The notes under the pieces: generated by a model
Told to the model about the DNA's origin: nothing
The model's database searches: none
Seen by the model: the letters and a program-made list of their open reading frames with translations, nothing else
NCBI GenBank assembly: GCA_963827655.1
Contig: CAWHCF010000026.1
Coordinates: 128,001-192,000, forward strand
Length of the DNA stretch: 64,000 nucleotides
Direction: 5' to 3'
Source: an uncultured Acidobacteriota bacterium
GTDB lineage: Bacteria > Acidobacteriota > UBA6911
Position numbers and translations under genes: made by a program
In this document: piece by piece, positions 28,912 through 38,288 of the stretch
How positions within the stretch are numbered: the first letter of the stretch is position 1
Layout of the letters: each line of letters opens with the position of its first letter

Positions 28912-30605
28912 GTCATTTCATCCGGACACTGTTATTCATCATCCTGTTATCAATTCCTTTTTCCATCAGCCTTCCGGCGCAAGAGAGCCGGCCGGCGCAA
29001 CCTGGCGAGCTGCCTCGCCCGCAATTTCTGGGCGCTTACAAACAGCCTGCGATCCACGCGCTTGAACCTCGGGGGGACCGATTTCTGGAATCGATGATCC
29101 AGGAAGGAAAGCTGCGCCTCACCGAGTCGGATGCGGTGCGTTTGGCGCTGGAAAGCAACGTCGACATAAACGTGGAGCGCTATGGCCCTTATTTCAGCCT
29201 TTGGGATGTTGAGAAAGGGCGCGGCGTGTTGAATCCTTCGATTCTCTTTAACACCAACGTGAATCGTCTCGTGACGCCCTCTACCAGCGTGCTGCAGGGC
29301 GGAGATACCGTGCTGGATCTGAACTCGCTTTATGAACTTGCCATCCGTAAGCCCTTCGAGAAGGGCCTGGACCTCGATTTCAACTTCAGCACCCGCCGCG
29401 CCCGGAGTTCCAGCTTTTTCTTGAGCCTGAACCCGTCCTTTGGTACGGGCTTCGGCCTGACCCTCACTCAGCACCTGCTGAAGGATTTCGGCAGTATCAG
29501 CCGAGGGCGCTTCGTGCGCATTGCACGAAACAACTATGGCATGTCCGAGGAAGAGTTCGTGGTGCAGACCACCGAGATAGTCAACAACGTTCTCAATGCC
29601 TATTGGAATCTGGTTTTTAACGATGAGGACATCAAGACCAGGGAAGCCTCCAAAAAGCTGGCGGAAGTCATTCTCGAGCATAACAAAATTCAGCTGGAAG
29701 TTGGAACCATGTCGTCACTGGACGTAGTTCAGGCTGAGGCTGAAGTCGCGGCACGCGAGGAGGAACTTGTAGTCTCCCGCCACACTCGGCGGCTCACAGA
29801 GGACCAGCTTAAAAAGCTGATCTCCTCGAACCCGGATCCGGGCCTGATCACTGCGACCATTGAACCACTGAGCAAGCCGGATACCCCTCGAGCGCCGGCT
29901 GACGACATCAACCAGGCAATCCGGCGCGCATTGGAGATTCGTCCTGAAGTAAAGCAACTGCTTCTGGATCAGGAGAACCGGAAAATCAACGTGGACTACA
30001 CCCGCAATCAATTACGCCCCACGCTGGACCTGGTCGCTTCCTATTCTCAAAACGGACTGGGGGGTCTGGGCATTGTCCGAGATTATTCCCAGGGATTTTT
30101 TGGCGCTCCGGTGATTGGCACGGTACCGGGCGGGTTCGGTGATTCGCTCGATTCTCTCTTCAGCCAGAGATTCGTCGGGTATACCGTTGGGTTCAACTTC
30201 AGATTGCCTATTGGAAACGATGAAGCTCGATCCAACAATGCTCAAGCGCAGATCTCACTGAAGCAAGGGGAGGAACGGCTCCGGTCATTGCGGCAGAGGA
30301 TTGCCCTCGAGGTTCGTGACGCTTACGGACGCTTTGAAATGAACCGGGCTCGGGTGGATGCCGCTCAAATCACGGTCCGCTTCGCCGACAGGAAGCTGCA
30401 GGGAGAACAGGAGAAGTACAACATGGGAGCTTCCCCCACGCGATCTGTCATTGAAGGGCAGAGGGACCTGCTGGTGGCGCAGAACCGGCTGCTGCAAGCG
30501 AAACTGGACATGATCAAGAGCCGGATTGCGATGGATAAAGCAGTCGGGGATATCTTCGCGGCCTACAATATTGAATTGACGAAGACGCTGGGCCTGTTCA
30601 AGTAG
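28908..30605 (+). CDS. TolC-family outer-membrane protein
   Basis: Signal peptide, two OEP-like helical repeats. Confidence 0.85.
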   Translation: MSHFIRTLLFIILLSIPFSISLPAQESRPAQPGELPRPQFLGAYKQPAIHALEPRGDRFLESMIQEGKLRLTESDAVRLALESNVDINVERYGPYFSLWDVEKGRGVLNPSILFNTNVNRLVTPSTSVLQGGDTVLDLNSLYELAIRKPFEKGLDLDFNFSTRRARSSSFFLSLNPSFGTGFGLTLTQHLLKDFGSISRGRFVRIARNNYGMSEEEFVVQTTEIVNNVLNAYWNLVFNDEDIKTREASKKLAEVILEHNKIQLEVGTMSSLDVVQAEAEVAAREEELVVSRHTRRLTEDQLKKLISSNPDPGLITATIEPLSKPDTPRAPADDINQAIRRALEIRPEVKQLLLDQENRKINVDYTRNQLRPTLDLVASYSQNGLGGLGIVRDYSQGFFGAPVIGTVPGGFGDSLDSLFSQRFVGYTVGFNFRLPIGNDEARSNNAQAQISLKQGEERLRSLRQRIALEVRDAYGRFEMNRARVDAAQITVRFADRKLQGEQEKYNMGASPTRSVIEGQRDLLVAQNRLLQAKLDMIKSRIAMDKAVGDIFAAYNIELTKTLGLFK

Positions 30606-30659
30606 CTGTAGTGCTTCAGTGTTGCGTGACCAGGTCGGCAAGTCTTGGCGGTCTTGGGG

Positions 30660-30872
30660 GTGTGGCATTACACAACGTTCGATTCCAAGACATGATCAGC
30701 CTACTGAGGGTTTCGGATTTCAACTCGTTCGAATCGAAGGAGCCATCATGTGTTTACACATCCGACTATCCAAGAACTGGTCAACCTCCAAGACGTCCGA
30801 GGAGAGGCTAAGCCATATCAGATTCGCCAGTTCCTGCGAATAATTGAGCGCGATGATCGAATGGAGGATTAG
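30660..30872 (+). pseudogene. hicA: HicA-family toxin remnant
   Basis: HNVRFQDMISLL/EGFGFQLVRIEG/SHHVFTHPTIQELVNLQ/EAKPYQIRQFL across frames; no start. Confidence 0.75.
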
Positions 30873-30875
30873 CAA

Positions 30876-31094
30876 ATGCGCGACTATCACATCAACATAT
30901 TCTTCAGCGAAGAAGACGGAGCTTATATCGCTGATATCCCGGACTTGGTATCTTGTTCAGCTTTCGGGGAAACTCCTGAAGAAGCTCTGGCTGAGTTGGA
31001 GCGTGCTAAGACAGCTTGGCTCGAAGCTGCTCGTAAGAACGGTAAGCCAATTCCTGCTCCTAGATACCGTCCTCTGATTTATCAGGCTAGATAA
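30876..31094 (+). CDS. hicB: HicB-family antitoxin
   Basis: YIADIPDL..CSAFGETPEEAL..WLEAAR..PIPAP. Confidence 0.9.
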   Translation: MRDYHINIFFSEEDGAYIADIPDLVSCSAFGETPEEALAELERAKTAWLEAARKNGKPIPAPRYRPLIYQAR

Positions 31095-31117
31095 TCAACC
31101 GGGTGACAAGAGCTAAA

Positions 31118-32491
31118 ATGAAGCCGGATGTGACTGTAATCGGCGGAGGGCTGGCAGGCACCGAAGCGGCCTGGCAAATTGCCCGCGCCGGGGGGCGAGT
31201 CCGCCTGTGTGAAATGCGCCCCAAGGTTGCGACCGCGGCCCACAAGACGGATCGCCTGGGCGAACTGGTCTGCAGCAACTCGCTGAAGTCGGATCTTGCC
31301 GGGAGCGCTCCCTACCTGCTCAAAGAAGAGCTGCGCCGTCTCGACAGCCTGCTGATACGAGTCGCCGATGAAGTAAAGGTGCCTGCGGGCCACGCGCTGG
31401 CAGTCGATCGGGATCGCTTCGCGCAGCGCCTGACGGACGAGATCGCTCGCGAGCCGCGCATCGAACTGGTGCGAGAGGAAGTGAGAGCGCTTCCCGAGGA
31501 TGGGGTCACGATTGTGGCCACGGGTCCTCTGACTTCGGGGTCTCTCTCGGCATCCGTGGCGAAGTTTACCGGCGCGGAGAACCTGTATTTCTATGACGCC
31601 ATTTCACCGATCGTCGATGCGACCACACTCGATGAATCCAGGCTTTTCCGGGCTTCGCGCTATGGAAAAGGGGGCGAGGACTATCTCAACGCTCCACTGA
31701 ATGAGGAGGAGTATCTGCGCTTCTACCAGGCCTTGATCGGCGCAGAATCCGTCCCGCTGCACGAATGCGAGAAGGCGATGTATTTCGAGGGCTGTCTCCC
31801 GCTGGAGGAACTGGCCCGGCGAGGCGTCGACACGCTGCGCTTCGGTCCGATGAAGCCTGTCGGGCTGATGGATCCTCAAACTGGCCGCAGGGCCTACGCA
31901 ATCGTGCAGTTGCGCCTCGAGAATCTCATGGCCGACAGTTACAACCTGGTGGGTTTTCAGAATCATCTCAAGTTTCCCGAGCAGAAACGGGTCTTCCGGC
32001 TGATTCCGGGACTCGAGAAGGCAGAATTCCTGCGTTTTGGCCAGATTCATCGTAATACCTTTATCCAGTCACCCAGGCTTCTCGAGCCGACGCTGCAAGC
32101 GAAGGCGCGGCCCGATTTGTTTTTTGCCGGTCAGATCTGCGGAGTCGAGGGATACGTCGAATCCATCGCTACCGGGCTGCTGGCGGCGATCAATGCCTGC
32201 CGGCTGGCCGAAGGACGCGATCCAGTGGTGCCGCCGGCCGCCACGGCCTGCGGGAGCTTGTTGCGCTACATCGCGTTTGCAGATCCCGGTGGGTTCCAGC
32301 CGGCGAATATCAGCTTCGGTTTGCTTCCTCCCGCCTCTGAAGAGCTGAAGCGAAGAATGCGGGATCGTAAGGAGCGACACCGGGTTCAGGTTGAGCAGGC
32401 GCTCGAGGCGATGGAACTCTGGATCGATTCGCTCCACAACGGTGAAAGCGCCGGGAGGCAATGCTTCACAGGCACAAATTGCGTTTTATGA
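31118..32491 (+). CDS. trmFO: Methylenetetrahydrofolate-tRNA-(uracil-5)-methyltransferase
   Basis: VIGGGLAGTEAAWQ, ELVCSNSL, YFYDAISPI, FGPMKPVGL, AGQICGVEGY. Confidence 0.95.
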   Translation: MKPDVTVIGGGLAGTEAAWQIARAGGRVRLCEMRPKVATAAHKTDRLGELVCSNSLKSDLAGSAPYLLKEELRRLDSLLIRVADEVKVPAGHALAVDRDRFAQRLTDEIAREPRIELVREEVRALPEDGVTIVATGPLTSGSLSASVAKFTGAENLYFYDAISPIVDATTLDESRLFRASRYGKGGEDYLNAPLNEEEYLRFYQALIGAESVPLHECEKAMYFEGCLPLEELARRGVDTLRFGPMKPVGLMDPQTGRRAYAIVQLRLENLMADSYNLVGFQNHLKFPEQKRVFRLIPGLEKAEFLRFGQIHRNTFIQSPRLLEPTLQAKARPDLFFAGQICGVEGYVESIATGLLAAINACRLAEGRDPVVPPAATACGSLLRYIAFADPGGFQPANISFGLLPPASEELKRRMRDRKERHRVQVEQALEAMELWIDSLHNGESAGRQCFTGTNCVL

Positions 32492-32536
32492 GGGGCCAAA
32501 GATCGGAGTTTTGCAACGCAATTTGGTGTTTCAGAA

Positions 32537-32567
32537 TTCGTGGCTTTGTGTCCTCGTGGTATTGTTT
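32537..32567 (-). repeat. 9-bp-periodic repeat family copy (degenerate) between trmFO and xerC
   Basis: Reverse complement AAACAATACCACGAGGACACAAAGCCACGAA. Confidence 0.65.
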
Positions 32568-32576
32568 GGGTTTCCT

Positions 32577-33569
32577 GTGAATAATTTGCGAGATTGGATC
32601 GAAAAGTACCTGACCTACCTGCAATTCCAGAAGAATGCCTCGCCCCATACGGTTCGGAACTACCGCTCCGATCTCGAGCAGTTTTATCAATATCTTACGC
32701 AAACGCCCGAAGGAAAACCCCGTCCGGAACCCGGCCTGGAGCAGATCGATAACCTGACCATACGCGAATTTCTTGGCGTCCTCTATAAGCACCAGAATCG
32801 GAAGTCCTCGGTGGCGCGGAAGCTCGCCAGCCTCCGTTCGTTCATGAATTTCCTTTCGGCTCAACAGGCCGTCCAGACGAATCCCGCGAAAATCGTGGCT
32901 TCCCCCCGCCTGGAAAAAAGATTGCCGGAATACTTGATGACCGATGCCGTTACGAGTCTGGTCGAGGCTCCGGAGACCTCGACCCCTCTCGGGAAGCGCG
33001 ATCGCGCGATTCTGGAGCTGCTCTACGCTGCGGGACTGCGCGTCAGCGAACTGGTGGGAATGGACGTTGGAGACATCGATCTGGGCGAAGGCCTGGTGAG
33101 GGTCCTGGGCAAGGGACGCAAGGAGCGGATGGTTCCCTTCGGCGACAAGGCGCGGGATGCGCTTGAAGATTATCTGGGGGCGCGACCGGAGCTGCTGAAA
33201 CGAATTCCCACGCTATCGGCGATCCCGGAGCGACACGAGGGCCGTCGGGTTACTCGACGAGGAACCTCGCCTCAGACGGAAGCAGACGCAGTCTTCCTGA
33301 ACGCTCGCGGAGGAAGGCTGACAACGCGAAGCGTGGCCAATATCATCGACCGGTATGTCGCCCGGCTCGCCCAGAGGATGAAAGTCCATCCCCACACGCT
33401 ACGCCACACCTTTGCCACCCACATGCTGAACGCGGGGGCGGATCTCCGCTCCATCCAGGAGTTGCTCGGACACGAGAGCCTGTCGACCACCCAGAGGTAC
33501 ACGCACGTCTCGACCGAGCAGCTGGTCCGCATCTACCAGGCCTGCCATCCGCGGGCCCGGAAGATCTGA
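32577..33569 (+). CDS. xerC: Tyrosine recombinase XerC
   Basis: RDRAILELLYAAGLRVSEL, GKGRKER, HPHTLRHTFATH, QELLGHESLSTTQRYTH; downstream of trmFO. Confidence 0.9.
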   Translation: MNNLRDWIEKYLTYLQFQKNASPHTVRNYRSDLEQFYQYLTQTPEGKPRPEPGLEQIDNLTIREFLGVLYKHQNRKSSVARKLASLRSFMNFLSAQQAVQTNPAKIVASPRLEKRLPEYLMTDAVTSLVEAPETSTPLGKRDRAILELLYAAGLRVSELVGMDVGDIDLGEGLVRVLGKGRKERMVPFGDKARDALEDYLGARPELLKRIPTLSAIPERHEGRRVTRRGTSPQTEADAVFLNARGGRLTTRSVANIIDRYVARLAQRMKVHPHTLRHTFATHMLNAGADLRSIQELLGHESLSTTQRYTHVSTEQLVRIYQACHPRARKI

Positions 33570-33603
33570 CGGAGCCAGACCCCACTGCGAAGGAACTGGG
33601 ACG

Positions 33604-34149
33604 TTACCCCTTCCACTCATTGCGAAGCAACCCAAACCACACCTCATCTACGTACTCTTCGTGGACGATGCGATTCTGCCGGAGGATACCTTCCTTCGAC
33701 ATTCCCACTTTTTCTAAAACCTTCTGGGAGGCGACGTTCCTCAGATCCGTCATTGCACGAATGCGATTCAGGTCAGGATGTACGCGGAAGGCGGATTCGA
33801 CCACGGCTTGAGCCGCCTCGGAGGCAAAACCCTGTCTCCAGTAATGGCGCGCAATGCTGTAACCCATCTCAGCCAATCGATTCTCGAAATTGAACCGAAT
33901 GTTTATGCCGCCGATCGCCGAATTTTTGAAAACAATTGCCCAGCTTGGATGGACCGTTCGGTCCATCAGGATCTGGCCCGCAATGAATCTCTCTGCGTCT
34001 TTCCGGACGTATGGCCGAGGGAGTGGCAGGTAGCGACTCCATTCCTCGTCGGCAGCATACGAAAACACTGCGTCAACATCGCCCAAACTGTATGGCCGCA
34101 GAACGAGACGTGCGGTGTTGATGATATCCGGCAAGGGGACTCTTTCCAT
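33604..34149 (-). CDS. GNAT (RimJ/RimL-like) N-acetyltransferase
   Basis: TARLVLRP, AEMGYSIARHYWRQGFASEA, NVASQKVLEKVGM. Confidence 0.9.
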   Translation of the reverse strand: MERVPLPDIINTARLVLRPYSLGDVDAVFSYAADEEWSRYLPLPRPYVRKDAERFIAGQILMDRTVHPSWAIVFKNSAIGGINIRFNFENRLAEMGYSIARHYWRQGFASEAAQAVVESAFRVHPDLNRIRAMTDLRNVASQKVLEKVGMSKEGILRQNRIVHEEYVDEVWFGLLRNEWKG

Positions 34150-34160
34150 TGGCGCTGTCC

Positions 34161-34289
34161 GTCGAATAGTCGCAGTCTGCGGCAGACGGCAGCGACCGCA
34201 GTCATGCTGACGATTCGGCAAGTGACACAGATCAGCCCCTGCCTCTGCGACGAGGTCGAACTGCAGCCGCGCGCTGCGAGAGGTTAGAC
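34161..34289 (-). other. Degenerate integron attC-like site between brnA and the GNAT gene
   Basis: Minus strand GTCTAAC..GCGGCTGCAG..GCCGCAGACTGCGACT-ATTCGAC; R'' perfect, R' degenerate; 129 bp. Confidence 0.4.
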
Positions 34290-34567
34290 CCTCGGCTGAT
34301 GCCGTATGGAGCGAGCTCCTCCCGGACCACCTGACGCACGAGGTCGAGGGTCGAACGCCGGTGGATGTGTTCAAGCAAAGCGTCGTTGATGAGCGTTTGG
34401 TAGTTCCCTCCACCGGCCATATCCACGAGACCCCGGAAGTACTCCAGTATCGCGTTATCCAGCCGAATAGAGATCTTTGTCTTGCCCGGTTCACCTTTTA
34501 CAATAGAACCGCGACTCGCGCGCGAGAAATCGATGTCGCGGTACTTCTCAGCTACGACCTTTTTCAT
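34232..34567 (-). CDS. brnA: BrnA-family antitoxin
   Basis: DFSRASRG..KTKISIRLDNAILEYFR..NYQTLINDAL. Confidence 0.88.
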   Translation of the reverse strand: MKKVVAEKYRDIDFSRASRGSIVKGEPGKTKISIRLDNAILEYFRGLVDMAGGGNYQTLINDALLEHIHRRSTLDLVRQVVREELAPYGISRGSNLSQRAAAVRPRRRGRG

Positions 34568-34826
34568 AAACGACCTTCTGGCGTTTGTTCGCCTTCCAAC
34601 CTGAGATCACACGGATGATATCCGGTTCGCGGTATGTATAGACCAGAACCAGCAGATTACCAAGATTGCTGAGACCTAGCGTCACGAAGCGTTCCTCGTC
34701 GACGGCGTCGGGATCTTCACGAGTCAGAGCGAAATCGTCCTCCAAGACCGTGACCGCTTCTGCGAAACTGACCCGATGGGTGCGTAGATTCGCCACCGCT
34801 TTGCGTGGATCCCATTCGAACCGCAC
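34548..34826 (-). CDS. brnT: BrnT-family toxin
   Basis: FEWDPRKAVANLRTHRVSFAEA..EERFVTLG..IRVIS. Confidence 0.92.
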   Translation of the reverse strand: MRFEWDPRKAVANLRTHRVSFAEAVTVLEDDFALTREDPDAVDEERFVTLGLSNLGNLLVLVYTYREPDIIRVISGWKANKRQKVVYEKGRS

Positions 34827-34832
34827 CTCGAT

Positions 34833-34861
34833 AGTGTATAGACAATTGTCTTACGGGGCAA
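34833..34861 (-). promoter_or_regulatory. sigma70-like, probably leaderless promoter with palindromic operator for brnTA
   Basis: TTGCCC-17-TACACT, 6 nt before the GTG; palindrome AGACAATTGTCT in the spacer. Confidence 0.6.
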
Positions 34862-34887
34862 GTTTGCGATAGCTGGCGCGTTCTTGG

Positions 34888-34929
34888 AACAAATACCACA
34901 AAGACACGAAGACACGGAGAAACACCAAG
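34888..34929 (+). repeat. 9-bp-periodic repeat family copy
   Basis: AACAAATACCACAAAGACACGAAGACACGGAGAAACACCAAG. Confidence 0.85.
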
Positions 34930-34932
34930 CCT

Positions 34933-36297
34933 TTACCGGACAGCTTTCTTCCTCTTGCCCGCCGCATATGTGACCATGCCCAGGACGAGCGGCAACAAAC
35001 TGAGCCCGGCTATTTTCAAGACCGCGAGCGCTTTGTTGACTTCCTGCTCGGAGGGAACCATCGCCAGTACGATCGAGACCGCAGTGGTCGCAAATCCCAC
35101 CGCGGCCACCGCCACGGCGACGGTCGCGCCTCCCGGAACGCGCAGTATCTCGGCACCCGCCGGCTCGCTCTGAAGCTTGATCATCGCGGCAAACATGAAC
35201 AGGAAGGGAATGAAATACGAAATGACGCTCGCGCTCACCAGGATGTCGTAGGCCCCCTTGACGGTGGTGCCGGCCTGCCCCAGGACAATGAAGACGGCCG
35301 CAATCACCGCCTGGGTGATCAATGCCACGTGGGGCGTATTCCAGCGCGGATGAAGTCGCCCGAAAGCGGAAGGAAGAAAGCGATCGATGCCGGCCACGAA
35401 TGGGAGACGGGCGGTTGCAGCGAACCAGGCGCCCACGGCTCCCAAATTACTGACTGTGAGGAGAAGGGCCGCGAGGGGACCCAGCTGAAAGCCGACCCGC
35501 GCTCCGGTTCCTGTGATGGCCTGCGTAATTCCCTGAAGACCGCTGACCTCATTTTGAGGCAGCGCAAGAAGAGTCGAAAGAGTGCCGAGGATATACAGAC
35601 CGGCAATGATGATTCCGGCAAGGACTATGGCGCGTGGAATGACGCGGCGAGCATTTTCGATCTCGGCGGACATGGTCGAAGCGGCCTCCAGCCCGCCGAA
35701 AGCAAAGGCAATCGTAGACCAGAAGATCACGTCTTGGAGCCGGGTGCTCGGAATCAGATTGGCGACGTCGAACTCGGTTGCCGGTCCGAATCGGATCCCG
35801 GCGACTATTCCCATCACGATAAGGATAGCGAGCGGGATCCAGGTGGCGAAGGCGCCGATGTTATGGAGCCACTTGCCTATATCAAGACCGATGATATTGA
35901 GCGCAGCCGCAAGAAGGAGCCCCAGGAGCGAGAAGCCGATGTAGTAGGACCCGGAATGAGAAAGGGACTGCCAGCGATCCGCATCGATGAAGAGCGCGCT
36001 GCCGGCGGCGAAATAAAGCACGGCGGGGAAATAAGGGAGGTTGCTGGTCCAGTAGCTCCAGCCGGTGATGAAGCCGGCGAAATCCCCGAAGGCGCGTTTG
36101 CTCCAGACGTAAACACCCCCTTCTTCCGGGTAGCGTGACGAAAGCTCGATCACGCAAAACGCCAGGGGAATGAAGAGCGCGATCAGTGCAATGGCCCAGA
36201 TCACCAGGGCGCTGGGTCCTACCGCCGCGGCGGTGGCGATCCAGCGAGGTGAGAGGACCGCTGCAACGTAGAAGAGCACGACGTCCCTGAACCCCAT
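34933..36297 (-). CDS. APC-family amino-acid permease
   Basis: About 12 hydrophobic segments, ELSSRYPEEGGVYVW, FAFGGLE, RLHPRWNTP. Confidence 0.9.
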   Translation of the reverse strand: MGFRDVVLFYVAAVLSPRWIATAAAVGPSALVIWAIALIALFIPLAFCVIELSSRYPEEGGVYVWSKRAFGDFAGFITGWSYWTSNLPYFPAVLYFAAGSALFIDADRWQSLSHSGSYYIGFSLLGLLLAAALNIIGLDIGKWLHNIGAFATWIPLAILIVMGIVAGIRFGPATEFDVANLIPSTRLQDVIFWSTIAFAFGGLEAASTMSAEIENARRVIPRAIVLAGIIIAGLYILGTLSTLLALPQNEVSGLQGITQAITGTGARVGFQLGPLAALLLTVSNLGAVGAWFAATARLPFVAGIDRFLPSAFGRLHPRWNTPHVALITQAVIAAVFIVLGQAGTTVKGAYDILVSASVISYFIPFLFMFAAMIKLQSEPAGAEILRVPGGATVAVAVAAVGFATTAVSIVLAMVPSEQEVNKALAVLKIAGLSLLPLVLGMVTYAAGKRKKAVR

Positions 36298-36490
36298 CGT
36301 GCGGCGCAGCCGTCCCTCATTTGCTTCATTTTCAAATTCCTACCTTCGGAGTCTGACTGGATTGCTTTCGACTGCCCGATCGATCGTGGATTGTGGCAAA
36401 GCGTCCCGGGTGTTTAGGTGCTTAGTGAAACGTTCAAACCAACATGTTGTCGTTCACAAGGGCCTTCGTTCGTGCGAAGTGCCGAACGAA

Positions 36491-36519
36491 CCTTAGTGTC
36501 TTCGAGTCTCCGTGGTGAA
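36491..36519 (-). repeat. 9-bp-periodic repeat family copy
   Basis: Reverse complement TTCACCACGGAGACTCGAAGACACTAAGG. Confidence 0.7.
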
Positions 36520-36640
36520 TGCAGGATAACAGTCTGAATTGAAACTCGCAAAGCAAGCTTCGCCCTGTGGATGTGCAAGCTTGCTGCCGCGCCAGATCGG
36601 GCTGAGATCCACAAATCCCGAGTATCTCCCGTCGGGAAGC

Positions 36641-36670
36641 TTGATTTCAGTGTATATACAGGCGTATAGT
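36641..36670 (+). promoter_or_regulatory. sigma70-like promoter with palindrome for the second brnTA
   Basis: TTGATT-18-TATAGT, with TGTATATACA in the spacer; start codon a few nt downstream. Confidence 0.55.
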
Positions 36671-36672
36671 CA

Positions 36673-37250
36673 ATGGTGCGCTTCGAGTGGACCACGCTGA
36701 AGAGCGAAGCGAACCTGCGCAGCGAGGATTCGATTTCGAGTTTGCGACCCTCATCTTTGATGGTCCGCCGTTCGAGGTGGAGGATCGCCGGAAGGACTAC
36801 GGCGAGCGCGGATGGTGGCAATTGGCATCGCCGACCGAATTCATCTGACGATCGTCTACACGGACCGGCAGAGCATCTATGGATGAAAGTCCGGGGAATC
36901 ATTTCAGCACACAGGAGCAATCGTCGTGAAGAGAGCGGTCTAGCAAAAAGCGATCAAGGAAGCCGAAGCGCGCGAGCCGGGGTCGGGCTGACCTGGCGCG
37001 ACTTAGCGGGATGACGGAAGCAGAAACCCGGCGAACGGCGCCGCCGGAGCTGACCCACTTGCCAGCAGGATTTCTGGGACGAGGGCGCGCTCGTAATGCC
37101 GGCCGCGAAGCAGGCCATTTCACTGCGGGTCGACGAGGACGTGCTGGACTGGTTCAAGCGGACGGGTCCGAGGTATCAGACGCGCATGAATGCAGTCCTC
37201 CGGTCATACATGGCTCGGATGCGGAAGCCTGGGCGCCCTCCCGAGCGATA
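36673..37250 (+). pseudogene. Decayed BrnT-BrnA toxin-antitoxin pair
   Basis: VRFEWTTLKSEANL..IISAHRSNRRE then KQAISLRVDEDVLDWFKRTGPRYQTRMNAVLRSY; many frameshifts. Confidence 0.8.
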
Positions 37251-37419
37251 GCTCCATCGGGGAAGCGCGGCAGCGGCCGCAACAGCGAAACATGATTATG
37301 GTGGGTATATAGCTGCGAGTTCACGGGATTCAGGGTATTCGCCCGGAGGCCATATCTCTTTCCTTTTTGATGCGGTAGAATCCGCAGGCACCTGACTTCC
37401 GGAGGCAGTGAGAGCGCGC

Positions 37420-37518
37420 CCCGAATGAAACGCTGAAGCCGTCGGCAGCAGCCCCATCGGTTGCCGCGTGAGTTGAATGTCCCTGAAGGTCGCCGCAGCA
37501 GTAGCTTTATCGTTAGCT
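37420..37518 (+). other. Degenerate integron attC-like site
   Basis: CCCGAAT-GAAACGCTGAAGCCGTCGGCAGC..GTCGCCGCAGCAGTAGCTTTATC-GTTAGCT; size and box layout of attC sites. Confidence 0.55.
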
Positions 37519-37562
37519 GCGCGTTGGTGACTCCTGTAGAAATATTCGCGGGAGCCTGAGAG

Positions 37563-38095
37563 ATGATTCGGACAATCGAAGCTGTCATCGATTCGAAGGG
37601 CAATGTGCGTCTTCTCGAGGAAGTCCAGCTTCCAGGGCCGCGCCGAGCGCTCGTTACGATTCTGCAGGACGCACCACGTGCGCACGAAACGGCGTTGCTT
37701 AGCGAGCCGGTACTCGCTGCCGACTGGAATCGACCCGAGGAGGATGCAGGCGTGGTCGATTCGTACAAGTACGGCGCGGTAGCTCGAGCCATTCCCGTTG
37801 GCGGATCTATCGGAGTCTAATGTGCGGCCAGCCGTTGGTGTTGGCGGCCGCGGGACGCGGGGACTGGATTCTACGCCAGGTTACGAGCTGGCCAATGGCA
37901 CCCGCGCGCTGCGGCTTGGGGGGCGCAGACACGATGATCCCTTGATGAGAGCTGGAGATGTGTCCACTGTTCACTGCGCGCCTGGAACTCATGATGGTCC
38001 TAGTCGCCGATCTGCAGCCCGAATCGCTCGGCCGGGTTGTCGAGGCAGTGGTCGCGATTCTCCGGAGGCAGTGATACCACTGCGATCAAAAGATG
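37563..38095 (+). pseudogene. Antitoxin plus decayed PemK/MazF toxin
   Basis: MIRTIEAVID..ETALLSEPVLAADWNRPEED, then fragments PLADLSESNVRPAV/AGRGDWIL.QVTS. Confidence 0.7.
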
Positions 38096-38288
38096 TAAAC
38101 CGTTCGGACGGTTAACGTGCTAAGCGCGAGCTCCAAATCGTTCGGCCATTCAGCGCCTGCGTTCCCACGGTTGCCGAAGCGCCCGAAATCGCCGCTGGCC
38201 GTGCCCGTCCATATTAACCCCGAAGACGGCGTGAGGCACCACAAGTTACCCTTGCCAGGGCCCAGCGCGAGGTGCTACAAGTCAACCG

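Noticed and set aside
32577-33569. Integron integrase driving the nearby attC-like sites (it has an insertion before patch III)
   Set aside because: The insertion lacks the IntI ALxRKY-type motif, the gene follows trmFO as xerC typically does, and it points toward rather than away from the cassettes.
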